A DNA stretch of 64,000 nucleotides from Thecamonas trahens ATCC 50062 (GCF_000142905.1 NW_013657624.1:174996-238995); one strand, 5' to 3'. Positions 20,026 through 31,900 are shown, numbered from the stretch's first letter. The notes: generated by a model from the sequence alone, not told the origin. Program-made: numbers and translations.

Positions 20026-21567
20026 GTGAACAATGCCAGTACGGGCAAGGAGGCTGAGACGGGCAGCTCAACTGGCAAGGCCATTGATGGGCAGGGCCAT
20101 CAGCATCGATCTCCATCATCATCCTCTGCTCAGACAACAGCAGCAGCAACAACAGCAACATCATCATCATCACCAGCAACAACAACGACAACGTCATCGA
20201 CTACAGCATCGTCGTCGTCCGTCCCGGACACCGCTGCCATCAACGCTACTTCATCGTCAGACAAGTCTGCCGTTCCGGCTGGTGGTGCTACTGCTGGTTC
20301 GGATGGAGTGGTGGCTATGGACGAGTCGTCGGCGGGAAGTGGGGCGGTGGCGGCGGCGGCTCCGCCAAAGGGCTACGAAGCTGTCAGGCCGTGGGCGGTG
20401 GTCGAGGATCTGCTGCTGGCCCATGCCGTCATGGCCTCAAAGATCGAAAAGCCAGAGACGACCGAGCATTGGGTCACCATCTCGCAGATGATCAAGGACA
20501 AGGTGGCCAACTCTGTGCGCGAGCCGGCGTTCTTCTCGCCGGCGCAGTGCAAGCTCCGCTACAACGAGCTGGTGGAGGAGACCATTCACAACACGCGCGG
20601 CAAGGCATCCGGCACGGCACAGGCCTCGCCGGGCGAGCAGGTTGTCCAGTCGCTCCTCCACAAGCGCCTCCGCGAGCTCAAGTCGTCACAGCGGATCAAG
20701 GAGAAGCTCATCAAGTGCATCGCCACCCAGATCGGCGACATCAAGTCCGGTGTCCTCGACGACGACCTGCACTACGTCATTGAGGCCAACGGGACGTACC
20801 CGGTCCGTGACATCTCCATGAACGGCATCTTTGCCTCGCCGCCGCCGCTCATCCACCGCAAGATCCAGCCCGGCATCGTCCTCTCCGGCTCGCTCAACCT
20901 CACACCGCTGGCCGACGACGTCGCCCCCTCGCGCTCCTCACGCTCCGCTCGGACCCCGGCCAAGGCCTCGGCATCAAAGTCCAAGGCCAAACCGAGCGCC
21001 ACGCCCAAGGCCTCGCGCTCGCGCCGCAAGCGCTCGCGCTCATCTTCGGTCGCCGTCGAAGGCGACTCGGCGGCCTCCCCCGCCCCCGCCGCCGGTGACG
21101 ATGGCGACGACGGCGACTCGAGCCCCGCTCGCTCGCGCAAGCGCCGCAAGGGCCTTACCGGCGACGACGGCATCGACGACTCGGACACCTCGGACGCCGG
21201 CGTCAAGAAGCGCGTGGCCAAGCTCAAGTCGCTCCTCAGAGTCATCACCTCGCACGCCTCGGCAAACCCGTTCAAGACGCCTGTCACCGAAGACGTCGCC
21301 CCGGGCTACTTCTCCGTCGTCTCCAAGCCCATGGACCTCTCCACCATCCGCGAGCTCATCCGCGACGGCTCCATCACCACCTTTGCCGCCTTTAAGAGCG
21401 CCTTCCAGCTCATGATCGCCAACGCCCACAAGTACAACCCCAAGGGCAACGTCATCCACGAGATGGCCACCGAGATCTCAGAGTTTGGCCTCTCGCTCAT
21501 CGCAAAGTATGCCACAGGCGCAGAGGCGGCGGCCACTCCGGGACGCCGCTCCCGCCGCACAGGCTGA
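20026..21567 (+). CDS. BRD8: BRD8-like bromodomain protein with N-terminal SANT-like domain (start uncertain; first ATG 20317)
   Basis: WAVVEDLLLAHAVM...WVTISQMIK...FFSPAQCKLRYNEL; bromodomain ANPFKTPVTEDVAPGYFSVVSKPMDLSTI...LMIANAHKYN. Confidence 0.85.
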   Translation: MNNASTGKEAETGSSTGKAIDGQGHQHRSPSSSSAQTTAAATTATSSSSPATTTTTSSTTASSSSVPDTAAINATSSSDKSAVPAGGATAGSDGVVAMDESSAGSGAVAAAAPPKGYEAVRPWAVVEDLLLAHAVMASKIEKPETTEHWVTISQMIKDKVANSVREPAFFSPAQCKLRYNELVEETIHNTRGKASGTAQASPGEQVVQSLLHKRLRELKSSQRIKEKLIKCIATQIGDIKSGVLDDDLHYVIEANGTYPVRDISMNGIFASPPPLIHRKIQPGIVLSGSLNLTPLADDVAPSRSSRSARTPAKASASKSKAKPSATPKASRSRRKRSRSSSVAVEGDSAASPAPAAGDDGDDGDSSPARSRKRRKGLTGDDGIDDSDTSDAGVKKRVAKLKSLLRVITSHASANPFKTPVTEDVAPGYFSVVSKPMDLSTIRELIRDGSITTFAAFKSAFQLMIANAHKYNPKGNVIHEMATEISEFGLSLIAKYATGAEAAATPGRRSRRTG

Positions 21568-21629
21568 TCTGCTCCTGCCGGACAGCAAGATTAACACGAG
21601 CTCGTCGTCCTGACCCACCAGCGCATTGC

Positions 21630-24600
21630 TCACATGAGCTGGGTAAACACCAGCTCGTCACTCGCGATCGACAGCTCGCCCACCATCTTTGCCACTCGCT
21701 CCCGCCACACCCCCGCCGCGCCCCGGCTCGCGCCAGCACCCGGACCATGGCGTGCTCCGCCGAGTGCCACTCCCCTCCACGCCCGCCGTCGCCGATGGCT
21801 CGCAGGACGGCAGCCCACCGGCGAGCCCATCGAGCCACCGTATCCGCATCGGCCTCAGCGATCCGCGCGTACAAGCCAGCAAACGCCACGTCGCACCCGA
21901 CGTCTGCGCCTACCAGCATGACATTCTCGCACATGGCCGCCACCCCGTTCACGCTCGCCAGCACCTCCCGCTGCCAGCCGGTCTCATCGAGTTCAGCCTC
22001 CATGCTGTACGCCGCCACGCCGAGCGCAGCGCCGGCCCAGCGGTGCGCGGCGCAGAGTACCGCCTCGTCAAGCACGTTGTCCCGCCAGCGGAGCACGCTA
22101 AGCGCCACAGACACCAGTCCGCGCGCCGCGAGTGAGTCGGGCGTGGCGTCTGCCGATGCCAGCGCGCCGCGGAGCCACGCGACCTGGCCCAGCCACGCCT
22201 GCAGCTCGCCGCGGAGTGGAAGCGACTCGGCATCGGCCTTTTTCAGCCGTGCGTGCAGCGTCCGCAGCGTCTTGGTCGCCGCACCCAACACCCCATCAGC
22301 ACGCGCCTTGATCTCGGCCTCTAGCCGCGCCCGGAGCTTGGCCTCGGCTGCTGGCAGCGCCCGCGCCATGCCAAGCTTGCCCGCCGCACTCCGTACACCT
22401 GCCGACGCGCCCACCGGCGCAAGGTGCTCGATCGTCGCCGTGAGCCGGCGCTTCACGCTCGCCACCAGCGCCGAGAACAGGGCACCCTCGCTCGCGTGGA
22501 CAACAGAAAACGCCGCCGCAGACGTCTGCGACCGCATCGTCGCCTGGGCAAAGACGTTGACTGGCTCCTTGTCCGCATCCAGCCGCCGCCCGTGCTCCAG
22601 AACCAGCACTGCCCGCATTTGCTCGCCGAGCACGGCGTCGACCCGCGCCAGCGCCCCGCGCGCCACGCTCGCCAGCGTCTCATCCACGCCGTTGGCCACG
22701 CACGCAGGCACCGCCACCGCCATCACGGCGTCGAGCGTCTTGTGCTGGTGGAAGAACCACGACGAGAGCGCGTCGATGTGCTCGGCCTCGAGCGAGATCG
22801 CTGCCTCGGTGAGGCCGCCAAAGAGCACCTGCGACTGGCTCTGCACAGGCCGGACCAGTCGCGTCCGCGTGTGTACCGCCCGCGCAGGGTGGTTGGCCAC
22901 AAGCTCCATCTTGGCCGCCTCCTCCATCAGCGCCCCGAGCCCGCTCGACATGTAGCTCATTGCACTCGTTGAGAACGAGTACGCCACGTCGTCCGCCCCA
23001 TCGACCGCAAGCCCGGCCTCAAGCCGCCTGTTCTCCTCCTCGCTTCCGCCTAGCGCCTCGACCACCGCCGCGGTAGCAGCACGTACATCGAGCTCCTCTC
23101 CCAGCAGCGACTCGATGGGCCAGCCAAGGACCGCCGCAAGCTCCACAATGCACTGCAGACAGAGCCAGTAGTTGCTGCGCCGAGCCGCCGACTCACAGGC
23201 CTCCTTGTCGACCACACTCGCCGCCAGCCAGCGTGCAAGCGACTCCAGCGCGTGCCGGACACGGACACACTCGGCATCGTCGTCCATAACTGAGCAGCCG
23301 ACCGCTGAGCGAAAGAAGGCGGTCACCGCAGGAATGGCCACCACAAGCGCCCGGCGGAAAAAGCCATGCGCAAGCGCAGCGAGCGGCGAGAACGGAAGCA
23401 CCATCGCAGTCGCAGACAGGTCCGAGTGCGCAAAGGCGAGCTTGGTCCACAGCGGCGAAAAGGTGAGGAAGCCGAGCATCCGGGCAAGGACGACCGGATC
23501 AAGGACGTTGCGGGCGGAGAGCTCCGCAGGCGCCTTTGCCGTCTCAGGAAGGACCTCGCCCCGGGCAAAGAACATGGATGATCCCGATGGAGGGTAGCTG
23601 AGCTTGCTACGGAGCATCTGGGTGACCTGCGAGGCAAAGACATGAGAGTCAAGGGCATCGAGGACGAGGAAAACGCAAAGTCGGCGTCGCCGAACACCTG
23701 CTCCGCCGCCTTGACCACGCTCTGCTGGCGGACGAGCGTCATCTTGCGACCCATGGCGCGATGTTTGGCCTTGACGCTCGAGAGCATGGCCGAAGACCGC
23801 CCATTGCTTCTGCCCCGGCGCCCGCGCCCGCGATCGCCATGGCCCTTGCGCGAGCCGCGTCCTCTGCCTCCGGCCCGGGCGTCGCGGCCAGACCTGCGAC
23901 TGCGCGACGAGGTCGCGCCGCTCGCGCTGTGTTTGTCGTTCTTGGCTGGCGTGCCTGACGACAGGCCCATGCGGCGCTCGAGCTGCGAGAGCTTGGCGCT
24001 GCCGACCTTGACCTGGTAGTTGGAGGCGAGAGCGGCGGCAGCGGCATCGGTGTCGGCAGCAGACATCACCGAGCCAGCCTCGGACGACGCATAGTGGATG
24101 CCGAGCAGATCGTCGACAAAGACCCGCGCCAGGTACGAGTAGTTGTTCGGCTCGACGTCGACAATGAGAGTGGCGATGGCCTCGTCGAGCACCTGGGGTG
24201 ACGCCGCCAGGTCAGCCTTGCTCACCCGCGACGCGAGGCGGACGACGGCCTTGAACGCCGATAGTGCCCGCTCGCGGTTGTTAAACAGCTTGTTCTGGTC
24301 CGGATCCTTGCCCTTGGCATTGTCCGAGTGCTGCAGCTGCGTCGTCATCGACGGATCCACAGGCAGCGAGTGCGCTCCGCTAGCGAGCTCATCGTACACT
24401 TGCTCGATCCGCGCGCACGTTGCGGGCGCCACCTCACTCAGCAGCGAGTGATGGGCAAGCGCACCTAGTCCGACCACCCCGAGCGCTGGCCACGCCATTG
24501 GCATATCGCCCAGCACACGCCCAGCCAGCGCTACCGCCACGCGCGGCCGCATCAGCCACGCCAACGGTCCGGCTCCCGCGCTGCAGCATGAGCTGCTCCC

Positions 24601-25534
24601 TCCTGCTGCCGAGCTGCTGCCTGACACGCTGCCGGCAGACAAGACCGGAATCGCAAGCAGTATCCGAACCATCTTGCGCACAATGTCGAGCATGGCGGCA
24701 ATGGGCACAGGCGCGTTACGGGCATGCCGAGTCAACAGCGTTGCTAACGCCTCGACAAGCGCGGCCTCGTTGGCAGATAGCTGCTCTTCGCCAATGTCAG
24801 GCGGCAGATCGGAGCAGGGCGCAGGCGTTGATGGCGCTGGTGGTGGTGACGGTGATGATGTGGAAGGCTGCGGCTGCGGAGGACCCAACCGCGCCGCAAG
24901 GCGCTCCTCCAGCTTGGCGAGCTGATCGTTTGGAATCTCAGGCGCAAGCTGTGCCGGCGTTGACGACGTCATAGCGCCCCAGACAGACGGCGGCGCTGTG
25001 GTCGGCTTGACCCGACGCCGAGCGCTCGAGCCTGATGCTGGCGACGCTGATTGCGCTGCGGGAGGCGCTGGTGACGGCGACACAGGTGATGTCTGCGCAG
25101 CCGAGCCAGCGGACGAGTGAGGTGATGCCAGCGGCACCCGCCGTGGTGATGAGTTCGACGAGAGAGCCGAAAGTCGCTGAGCGAGGAGAGGGCGGGCGTG
25201 GTGCGGACGGAGGCGTCGGTTGAGACGGTCGTGGCGGTCGAGACGGTCGAGTCGGTCGCGGCGGCGGTCGGTAGTGTGGTAGCCGAGGTCGTAGCCGAGA
25301 ATGACTTTTGTTCGAAGTAAAGGCGAGCGGCAAGCGGTCGAGGAGGCAAAGGACTGCGTCAGCCGGTGATTTTTCCTGTGGTGATTGGCTGCATGCAGCG
25401 AGTGGCGCAGGAGCATCGAGCTGCTGGCGACGACCGTCCGAGTTGTCTTTGGCCAACGGTGGCGGCGAGAGGCCATGGACGGCGAGGTAGCGTGAGAGGG
25501 CAAGAAAGTCGTCATTGCCCAGCCACCGCTTCAT
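21630..25534 (-). CDS. CDAN1: Codanin-1-like protein, split over five reading-frame segments by four 1-nt deficits
   Basis: Motifs DF[P]AL, FNNRERA, NYSYLARVFVDDLL, KLSQLERRM, F[F]LVLDALDSHVFASQV, VLARMLGFLTFSP, ALVVAIPAVTAF, LSSWFFHQH are collinear with codanin-1. Confidence 0.75.
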
Positions 25535-26006
25535 GTCGAAGCGTATGCCACGTGGCTACCCCGGAGTTCCAAACTTGAGTCAAGTTGCGCCTCTTGCCCC
25601 TGGTTACAGCCTTTGCCCTGGTCAGCTCGCCCAAGAGCCGAGGAAGGCACAGGTCGTCAAAGTGCGACCTTTTTCGGATTGGAGCGAGCCGTTCGGTGAC
25701 AAAGGTGGCACAGGCTGACATGACGGCCAGGTACACTGACGTGCAGCTGCCGTGGTCGGAGGACAAATCGTTTGCCAGAGGCGAGTACGCAATCAATAAG
25801 CAGTTGTATCTCGCATTGCGTCGTTGAGGTATCGCAGTGGTGAGCTCTACACTCGCGATGCAGGCGTGACGCGGGCATGCGCGGACGATCGCCATCTATG
25901 GATGGGTCTGTGACGAGAGTGTGGTTGATCGATGCGCGCGTGCGGTGCATGTGACGGCCGCAAAAGGGGAGAGAAAGACGGGGGAGGATGGGAGAGAGGG
26001 GCGGAT

Positions 26007-28685
26007 TCATGGACGATGAAAGTGGTAGGCCGAGGAGAACTGCGGTCGCTGGGCAGCCGATTGCGGGGAGAGGACGGGAGTGGACTTGTTGAGGAGCGAG
26101 AGCGAGGTTTGGGCGGCGGCGACTTGCTGGTGCTGGTTGATGACGGCGAGCGAGGTGGTGTCCTGATCTACTGGGTCTGGGACGGTGGTGGAGACCGAGG
26201 ACTCGTCGTCGGCGAGCAAGCGATCGGCCTTGGAGAGGTGGTGCATGAGAGTGTCGCGGGCCTCGGACGAGATGCGGGTGTTGCGCTTGACAGTCGGGCC
26301 CTGGGATGGGCCGTAGGCATGGGCGAGATCAGTCTCTGTCGGCTCAACATCTGGCTCAGCGAGAGCAGCCATGGGCAGCTGGCCGCCGGCGGTGACCCAG
26401 GAATGGACCTTGATGTCGGCGATGGTGGCGCGGGTGGCCGGGTCCTTCTCGAGGAGGGCAAGGAGGAGCGACTTGAGGCCCGGCGAGAGGGTGACGCCTG
26501 CGGCGGCCTGGGCCGAGTTGAGCGGCGGGTCGGCGTTGCGGATCTTGTCGTAGATGGCAAACTCCGAGTTGGCCATGAACGGCAGCGAGCCGAGAACAAG
26601 CATCCAGAGAGTGATGCCGAGAGCCCAGACGTCGACAGCGTCGGTGAGCTGGATCGAGTCTTCCGAGACAGTTTCTGGGGCAAGGAAGGCCGGCGAGCCC
26701 TCGGTCCGCGCGACGGCGGCGTTCTGAGTCGAGAAGACGTGTGAGACGTTAAAGTCTGCGATCTTGACAGCATCGAGCGCGTCGAGCAGCAAGTTCTGTG
26801 GCTTGATGTCGCGATGGATGATGCCGGACGAGTGGAGGTACTCGAGGCCCGCGACGACGTCGCGAAAGTAGCGGCGGGCGCGGGCTTCGGACATCGGCTC
26901 ACAGCGAATGACGTCGCCGAGGAGTGCGCCGCCGGGGACGTACTCCATGACCAGGTACAGCTTGTCATTGGACGGATCGTCGATGACCTCGAACAGGCGC
27001 ACAATGTTGGGGTGGTCGAGCTTCTTCATGATGGCGATCTCGCGGCGAACGTCCTCAAGGAGCGAGGCCGAGAGCAGACCGCCTTTGCGCTTGCGCGAGA
27101 GGAGGAACTTGTTGCAGATCTTGACCGCGACGCGGGTGCCGTCCTGGGCGTGGATGCCGAGCTTGACCTTGCCGTACGTGCCGCGGCCGAGGGTCTTGAG
27201 CAGAATGTAGTCATTAATCCACTTGTAGCCATCCTCGTCGATGTACCGCTGCAGGCGAGTCGTCGACTTGACTGAGAGCGTCCCCTTGCCGAGAGTTGAC
27301 GGGACGTGCTGGTGCATGTCGAGCGAAACGACCGAGGCGCGGCGGAAGGCACGCTTGGTGTCGGCGCGCGGGCGCCGCTCGATGGTCGAGTTCATGGTGT
27401 TGAACGAGGACGAGGTCGAGGACGAGGACGAGTCGTCCGACGACTCGATGATGTCGTTGGTGACAGTGAGTGCGCTCGACATGGTCTTGCGCATGGTTGG
27501 CACCATAAAGTCGTCCGCCGACGCGACTGCATCCAGCCGCACAACCCGCGTCGCTCCGCCGGGGTTGGAGACTTTGTGCCGGACGCCGAGGCCCTTGAGC
27601 AGCTGCGCTTCAAGCTCGATCCATGACTCGGTCCGGCCGCCGAGCTTCTTGTTCTCAAAGTCAGTGATGATCGGGGTTGACGACCGGCGGCGGCGGAGGA
27701 CTGCATCCGTCAGGCCAGGTGAGGGGCCAGGTAGTTGATGCCTGGCCGTGGGATTTGACCTTGACTCTGGCTCTGGCCTGGCCTTTGCCTTTGCCTTTGC
27801 CTTTGCCTTTGCCTTTGCTTTCGCCTTTGCCTTTGCTTTCGCCTTGGACTTGGATTTGGCCTTTGCCTTTGCCTTGGACTTGGCCTTCTTCTTCTTCTTC
27901 TTCTTCTTCTTCCTCTTCCGCTTCTTCCGCTTATTCTTGGTCTTGGTCTTCTTCTTGTCCTTTGCATCCTTGGCGCTCTTGGACACTTTGGCGACGGGAG
28001 ATGCAGCGAGGGCAATGCCTGACGGCTGCAGAGCAACAACAGACGATGAGGTGACGTGACCGTCAACGCCGGCCACCGCCCTTCCCGTGTCATCAGTGAC
28101 GGTAAAGGGCTGCAGCCTTGGCTCGACCGACATCTGTTGACCATGGAGCGAGCCCGACGAAGTTCTGGCGATGTTGGTGTGGAACGAGTGAACGGCCGTC
28201 GAGCTCGAGCTCGAGCTTGTCTCTGTAAGGGCCAGCGACGAAGAGGCCGAGTTTGAGGATGACGATGATGCGGAAGCGGATGACGATGCGGAGGATGACG
28301 AGGAGGACGATGATGAAGAGGACGAGTCTGACGATGCTGACGATGAAGAAGATGACGAGTCTGACGAGTCCGAGCATGTTCCTGGACTTGCCACAGCATC
28401 AGCAGCCGCGACCTTGGCCGACGCTCTCAGCGTGCGTCTTGCCAGTGGTTGCTCCTCCGCCGTACCTGCTTCGATGGCGTTGTCGACGTTGTCCACGTTG
28501 TTGGGGTCGGTATGAACAGCACGGTCAGCAGAATGGGTATGACTGGTCTGGTGAGGGTCGGCCTGGTGCGGGTCGGCCTTGCGGCGGTCGGTGACGACGT
28601 TGTTGGTCATAGCCACCTGCGCACCACCTCCTTCATCTTCACCAGAATTCTCCACACGCCCAGGCCGCGAACAACACGAGCCCAT
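26007..28685 (-). CDS. CaMKK/SAK1/GRIK-family Ser/Thr kinase with long low-complexity N-terminus
   Basis: INDYILLKTLGRGTYGKVKL, VAVK, VRREIAIMKKLDHPNIVRLFEVIDDPSNDKLYLVMEY, HRDIKPQNLL, GSPAFLAPE, DVWALGITL. Confidence 0.93.
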   Translation of the reverse strand: MGSCCSRPGRVENSGEDEGGGAQVAMTNNVVTDRRKADPHQADPHQTSHTHSADRAVHTDPNNVDNVDNAIEAGTAEEQPLARRTLRASAKVAAADAVASPGTCSDSSDSSSSSSSASSDSSSSSSSSSSSSASSSASASSSSSNSASSSLALTETSSSSSSTAVHSFHTNIARTSSGSLHGQQMSVEPRLQPFTVTDDTGRAVAGVDGHVTSSSVVALQPSGIALAASPVAKVSKSAKDAKDKKKTKTKNKRKKRKRKKKKKKKKKAKSKAKAKAKSKSKAKAKAKAKAKAKAKAKAKAKARPEPESRSNPTARHQLPGPSPGLTDAVLRRRRSSTPIITDFENKKLGGRTESWIELEAQLLKGLGVRHKVSNPGGATRVVRLDAVASADDFMVPTMRKTMSSALTVTNDIIESSDDSSSSSTSSSFNTMNSTIERRPRADTKRAFRRASVVSLDMHQHVPSTLGKGTLSVKSTTRLQRYIDEDGYKWINDYILLKTLGRGTYGKVKLGIHAQDGTRVAVKICNKFLLSRKRKGGLLSASLLEDVRREIAIMKKLDHPNIVRLFEVIDDPSNDKLYLVMEYVPGGALLGDVIRCEPMSEARARRYFRDVVAGLEYLHSSGIIHRDIKPQNLLLDALDAVKIADFNVSHVFSTQNAAVARTEGSPAFLAPETVSEDSIQLTDAVDVWALGITLWMLVLGSLPFMANSEFAIYDKIRNADPPLNSAQAAAGVTLSPGLKSLLLALLEKDPATRATIADIKVHSWVTAGGQLPMAALAEPDVEPTETDLAHAYGPSQGPTVKRNTRISSEARDTLMHHLSKADRLLADDESSVSTTVPDPVDQDTTSLAVINQHQQVAAAQTSLSLLNKSTPVLSPQSAAQRPQFSSAYHFHRP

Positions 28686-29191
28686 ACGCTATATTCTCCA
28701 CACAATCTCCTCCTCAGAGAGCTGTCTGCTTCTCGTGTCCTCGCTCTATACCTCTCCGAGCCACCGCTTGCAAGACTGGCTTGTCCCCCCCCCCCCCCCC
28801 CCCCCCCCCCTCCGGCCACCTTGTCGACACTCGTCGCACCTGTGGGATCGCTTCAGTTGTTTGGCATTTCGTGTGGTGTTACACCACCTTACACCGCAAT
28901 CGTCAAGGTCATCGAGGTCATCAAGGTCATCGAGGTCATCGAGGTCGTCGTGCTCGTCCCTCTTGTTGTTGTTGGTGTTGTGGTGGTGGTTGAGAACGGA
29001 TGATCATAAGTGATAATGGAATTTGATGGGTGTGGGTGGAGTGATGGATGTGGGTATGGGAATGGTGTGGGTTTGGTAGTGAGATAAGGAGGTATCGTGA
29101 AAGGAGTGTGATAGGGTCATTGATGGGTGTGAGGGATGATTGGTTTGGTTTGGAGAAAGAGTTATGATCAGTGATGGGGAGGGGGCAGGGG

Positions 29192-29403
29192 GGGGAGCGA
29201 ATTAATCAATGGAAATGATGAGGAATTAATGGTTGTCTTGGTTGGGTGGGGAGCGAATTAATCAATGGAAATGATGAGGAATTAATGGTTGTCTTGGTTG
29301 GGTGGGGAGCGAATTAATCAATGGAAATGATGAGGAATTAATGGTTGTCTTGGTTGGGTGGGGAGCGAATTAATCAATGGAAATGATGAGGAATTAATGG
29401 TTG
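29192..29403. repeat. AT-rich 56-nt minisatellite, about 3.8 identical copies
   Basis: GGGGAGCGAATTAATCAATGGAAATGATGAGGAATTAATGGTTGTCTTGGTTGGGT starting at 29192, 29248, 29304 and 29360. Confidence 0.95.
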
Positions 29404-29476
29404 ACTTTGAGGCTGTCCGTTTCACCACTTGTCGCCCCAGTTGTGGTGGAGGGTGGGCAAGGACAAGCGGGAGAGA

Positions 29477-31900
29477 ATGGAGGGACTGAGCATTGTGACA
29501 GAAGGCGGAGAAGGAGCAGGGCAAGAAGTCATGTCTGACTTTGGTGACATGTCGTCAACACCGTCCTCACCCAACGTAGCAGCTCTCGCCACTCCACCCT
29601 CCAACTCTCGTGTGCTCCTCTCGTCGTCATCATCATCATCATCATCATCATCAGCATCATCAGCTGACATCGATGGCAACGACAAGGTGGAAGTGGCCAG
29701 AAAGAAGGAAAAGCTTCCACAGTCTTCGTCCCATTCCGATGTCCTTGCACGTGCCGTCGAGATGGTCGCCAACTACTCTCCGCATGACGATCATGATGAC
29801 AATGTCGACAAGCAAGCCGACCGCGATCACGGGCATGATGCCAACCGTGGTCACGAGCATGATGCCTACCACGGCCATGGTGATGTAGACGACGACGTGC
29901 GTCGGGCAGCAGCAGGCTCGGCGTCAGGATCAGGGCCACGGTCGGGATCGGGGTCGGGGTCGGACTCGGCCTCCGACTACGAGTCTTACTCGGGGTATTC
30001 GGCGAGCGGTGCGGCAGCGGCGGCGCTGATGGTGTCTGAGGGCGAGTTGACGCGGCGGTTGATGGAGTCAAGGAAGATGTTGACCGAGTCGCGGGCTAGC
30101 ATGGGCTCCGAGACTGGGTCTGCCAACGGCGGGAGCGAGACAGATCGGGTGCCGGCGCCGGCGCTGCTACGGACGCGGCGATTGAGGGCTGGCTCGCGAG
30201 TCCAGTCGATGCGACTGGCGGCGGTGGACGAGTCGGAGGAAGAGCTTGCGCTGGACGCAGAGGAGCGGCTTCCGCTGGTACGGCGGGTGCTTGTGGCGGC
30301 GCACAAGATGCTTGTAGCGACGTTTGATGGCCAGGATGCACTCGCTGACGAGTCGCAGCGGCTGGCGGGCGTAGTGAGCGAGGTGCGGGCCAAGCTTGGC
30401 GAGGCGGGGCGGGACTCAACGGCGGTGGCGTCAGGCCTTGCGACGGTGGAGGTGCAGGCGGCGGCGCTAACGACGGCGACAACGCGAGTTCTACACATCG
30501 GAGCGACTGAGGAGAACTACGACGCGGTGGCGACAAGTATTCGCGAGCTGGTCACCGGGCTCTCGCTCTTGCTGGCGACGTTCCGGTTCAAGCGGGCGTT
30601 TGCCGGCGAGGGCGAGGAGGTGCTGGCGTTCTGGTACTCGCTGGCACAGGGCAACCCTCTGGTGGGCTCGTCGGACACGTCGAGTCGCCGCGGCTCGTCC
30701 GGCGATTTGATGGACATGTACATGGACGTGGCGCTCGGAGTGGCTTCCGACTCGCCGAATCCGCTGGTCATGCGGGTGGCGTCCGAGCTGGCGGCCATCG
30801 AGCGTCTTGCCCACGAGCACTCGACGCCCGGCGGCTCGGGCCGGGGCTCGTCGGCGAGTCCCGGCACACCATTCATGCCGGCCGAGCCTCCGGACGACGG
30901 CGAGTGGTGTACCGAGTCGACAATCGACGAGGCGCTGCTGCTTGCCGGTGGCTTTGAGCCCATCGATGAGGCCGACGGCGGACCGGGTGGGCCCGAGGAG
31001 GCGCCGGAGCCGCGCCAGCCGCGCCAGCCGCGCCAGCCGCGCGCGACGGGGCAGGCGGGCGAGCGGCAGCGGCGGCGGCGGCGCAAGGCCCGGGCAGCGT
31101 CGAGCATCAACACGTCGACGGCATCGTCGAGCTCGTACTCGACCACCTCGAGCTACTCGAGCAGCAGCTCGTCAACGGGCGGAAGCACGAGCCGGAGCAC
31201 GACGGGAGGAGGCCGGGCAGGCCGGGCACGGCGGGTTTCGACGTCAACGGACATTACGCTCTCGTCGATGGACTCGGACGTCTTGCGGGCAGCGCGGCAG
31301 GAGGGCACATTTGGGCGACTGGCAACGTCGTCGACAGCGGCGTGGGCACACGCTCGACTGGCAGCCCCCGAGCCGCTCAACCGGTCCGAGTCGAAGATCG
31401 GCGCGTCGGTGTTCCGGGTCACCGACGCAGCAGCAGCAGCAGCAGCAGCGGCAGAGCGAGCGCGACGCGAGGACGAAGCGCAGCGGGCGCAGCTGGCGGA
31501 GGCCGAGCGGCAGGACCGGATTCTTGTGGCGGCGCTTCTGCAGTCGCTGCGGAACCAGGACCAGCTCAAGGCGCGGCTGGCGCAGCAGCGGGCGAGGGTG
31601 TCGGAGCAGGAAGTTGTCAAGGCGCGGCTGGAACACAAGATTCAGACGATGAAGAAGCGTGGGTACATGCCGATGGCTGAGCGGCGGCGGCAGGAGCGCA
31701 AGCTCAATGCCTCGCTGGGCGGCGTTGCCGTCGGCGACGTCTCCGAGCTCCTTCGGCGGGCTACCCAGGACTCGCTCGACCTCCCTCCGCCCGAGTCGCT
31801 CGACGAGGAGATCGACATGCTCGAGGCTGAGCTCGGCACCATCGACAAGGTCCTTTCACTCGACGTTGTTCAACCGTATCTCTCACAGCCGTCGTTGTAG
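29477..31900 (+). CDS. Hypothetical Ser-rich coiled-coil protein
   Basis: ORF of about 800 codons with normal codon bias, a helical central region and a C-terminal coiled coil. No family recognised. Confidence 0.7.
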   Translation: MEGLSIVTEGGEGAGQEVMSDFGDMSSTPSSPNVAALATPPSNSRVLLSSSSSSSSSSSASSADIDGNDKVEVARKKEKLPQSSSHSDVLARAVEMVANYSPHDDHDDNVDKQADRDHGHDANRGHEHDAYHGHGDVDDDVRRAAAGSASGSGPRSGSGSGSDSASDYESYSGYSASGAAAAALMVSEGELTRRLMESRKMLTESRASMGSETGSANGGSETDRVPAPALLRTRRLRAGSRVQSMRLAAVDESEEELALDAEERLPLVRRVLVAAHKMLVATFDGQDALADESQRLAGVVSEVRAKLGEAGRDSTAVASGLATVEVQAAALTTATTRVLHIGATEENYDAVATSIRELVTGLSLLLATFRFKRAFAGEGEEVLAFWYSLAQGNPLVGSSDTSSRRGSSGDLMDMYMDVALGVASDSPNPLVMRVASELAAIERLAHEHSTPGGSGRGSSASPGTPFMPAEPPDDGEWCTESTIDEALLLAGGFEPIDEADGGPGGPEEAPEPRQPRQPRQPRATGQAGERQRRRRRKARAASSINTSTASSSSYSTTSSYSSSSSSTGGSTSRSTTGGGRAGRARRVSTSTDITLSSMDSDVLRAARQEGTFGRLATSSTAAWAHARLAAPEPLNRSESKIGASVFRVTDAAAAAAAAAERARREDEAQRAQLAEAERQDRILVAALLQSLRNQDQLKARLAQQRARVSEQEVVKARLEHKIQTMKKRGYMPMAERRRQERKLNASLGGVAVGDVSELLRRATQDSLDLPPPESLDEEIDMLEAELGTIDKVLSLDVVQPYLSQPSL

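Noticed and set aside
29192-29403. 56-nt repeats as a CRISPR array or C/D snoRNA cluster (each unit contains ATGATGA)
   Set aside because: Units are fully identical with no unique spacers, there are no cas genes, the context is eukaryotic, and there is no CTGA D box.
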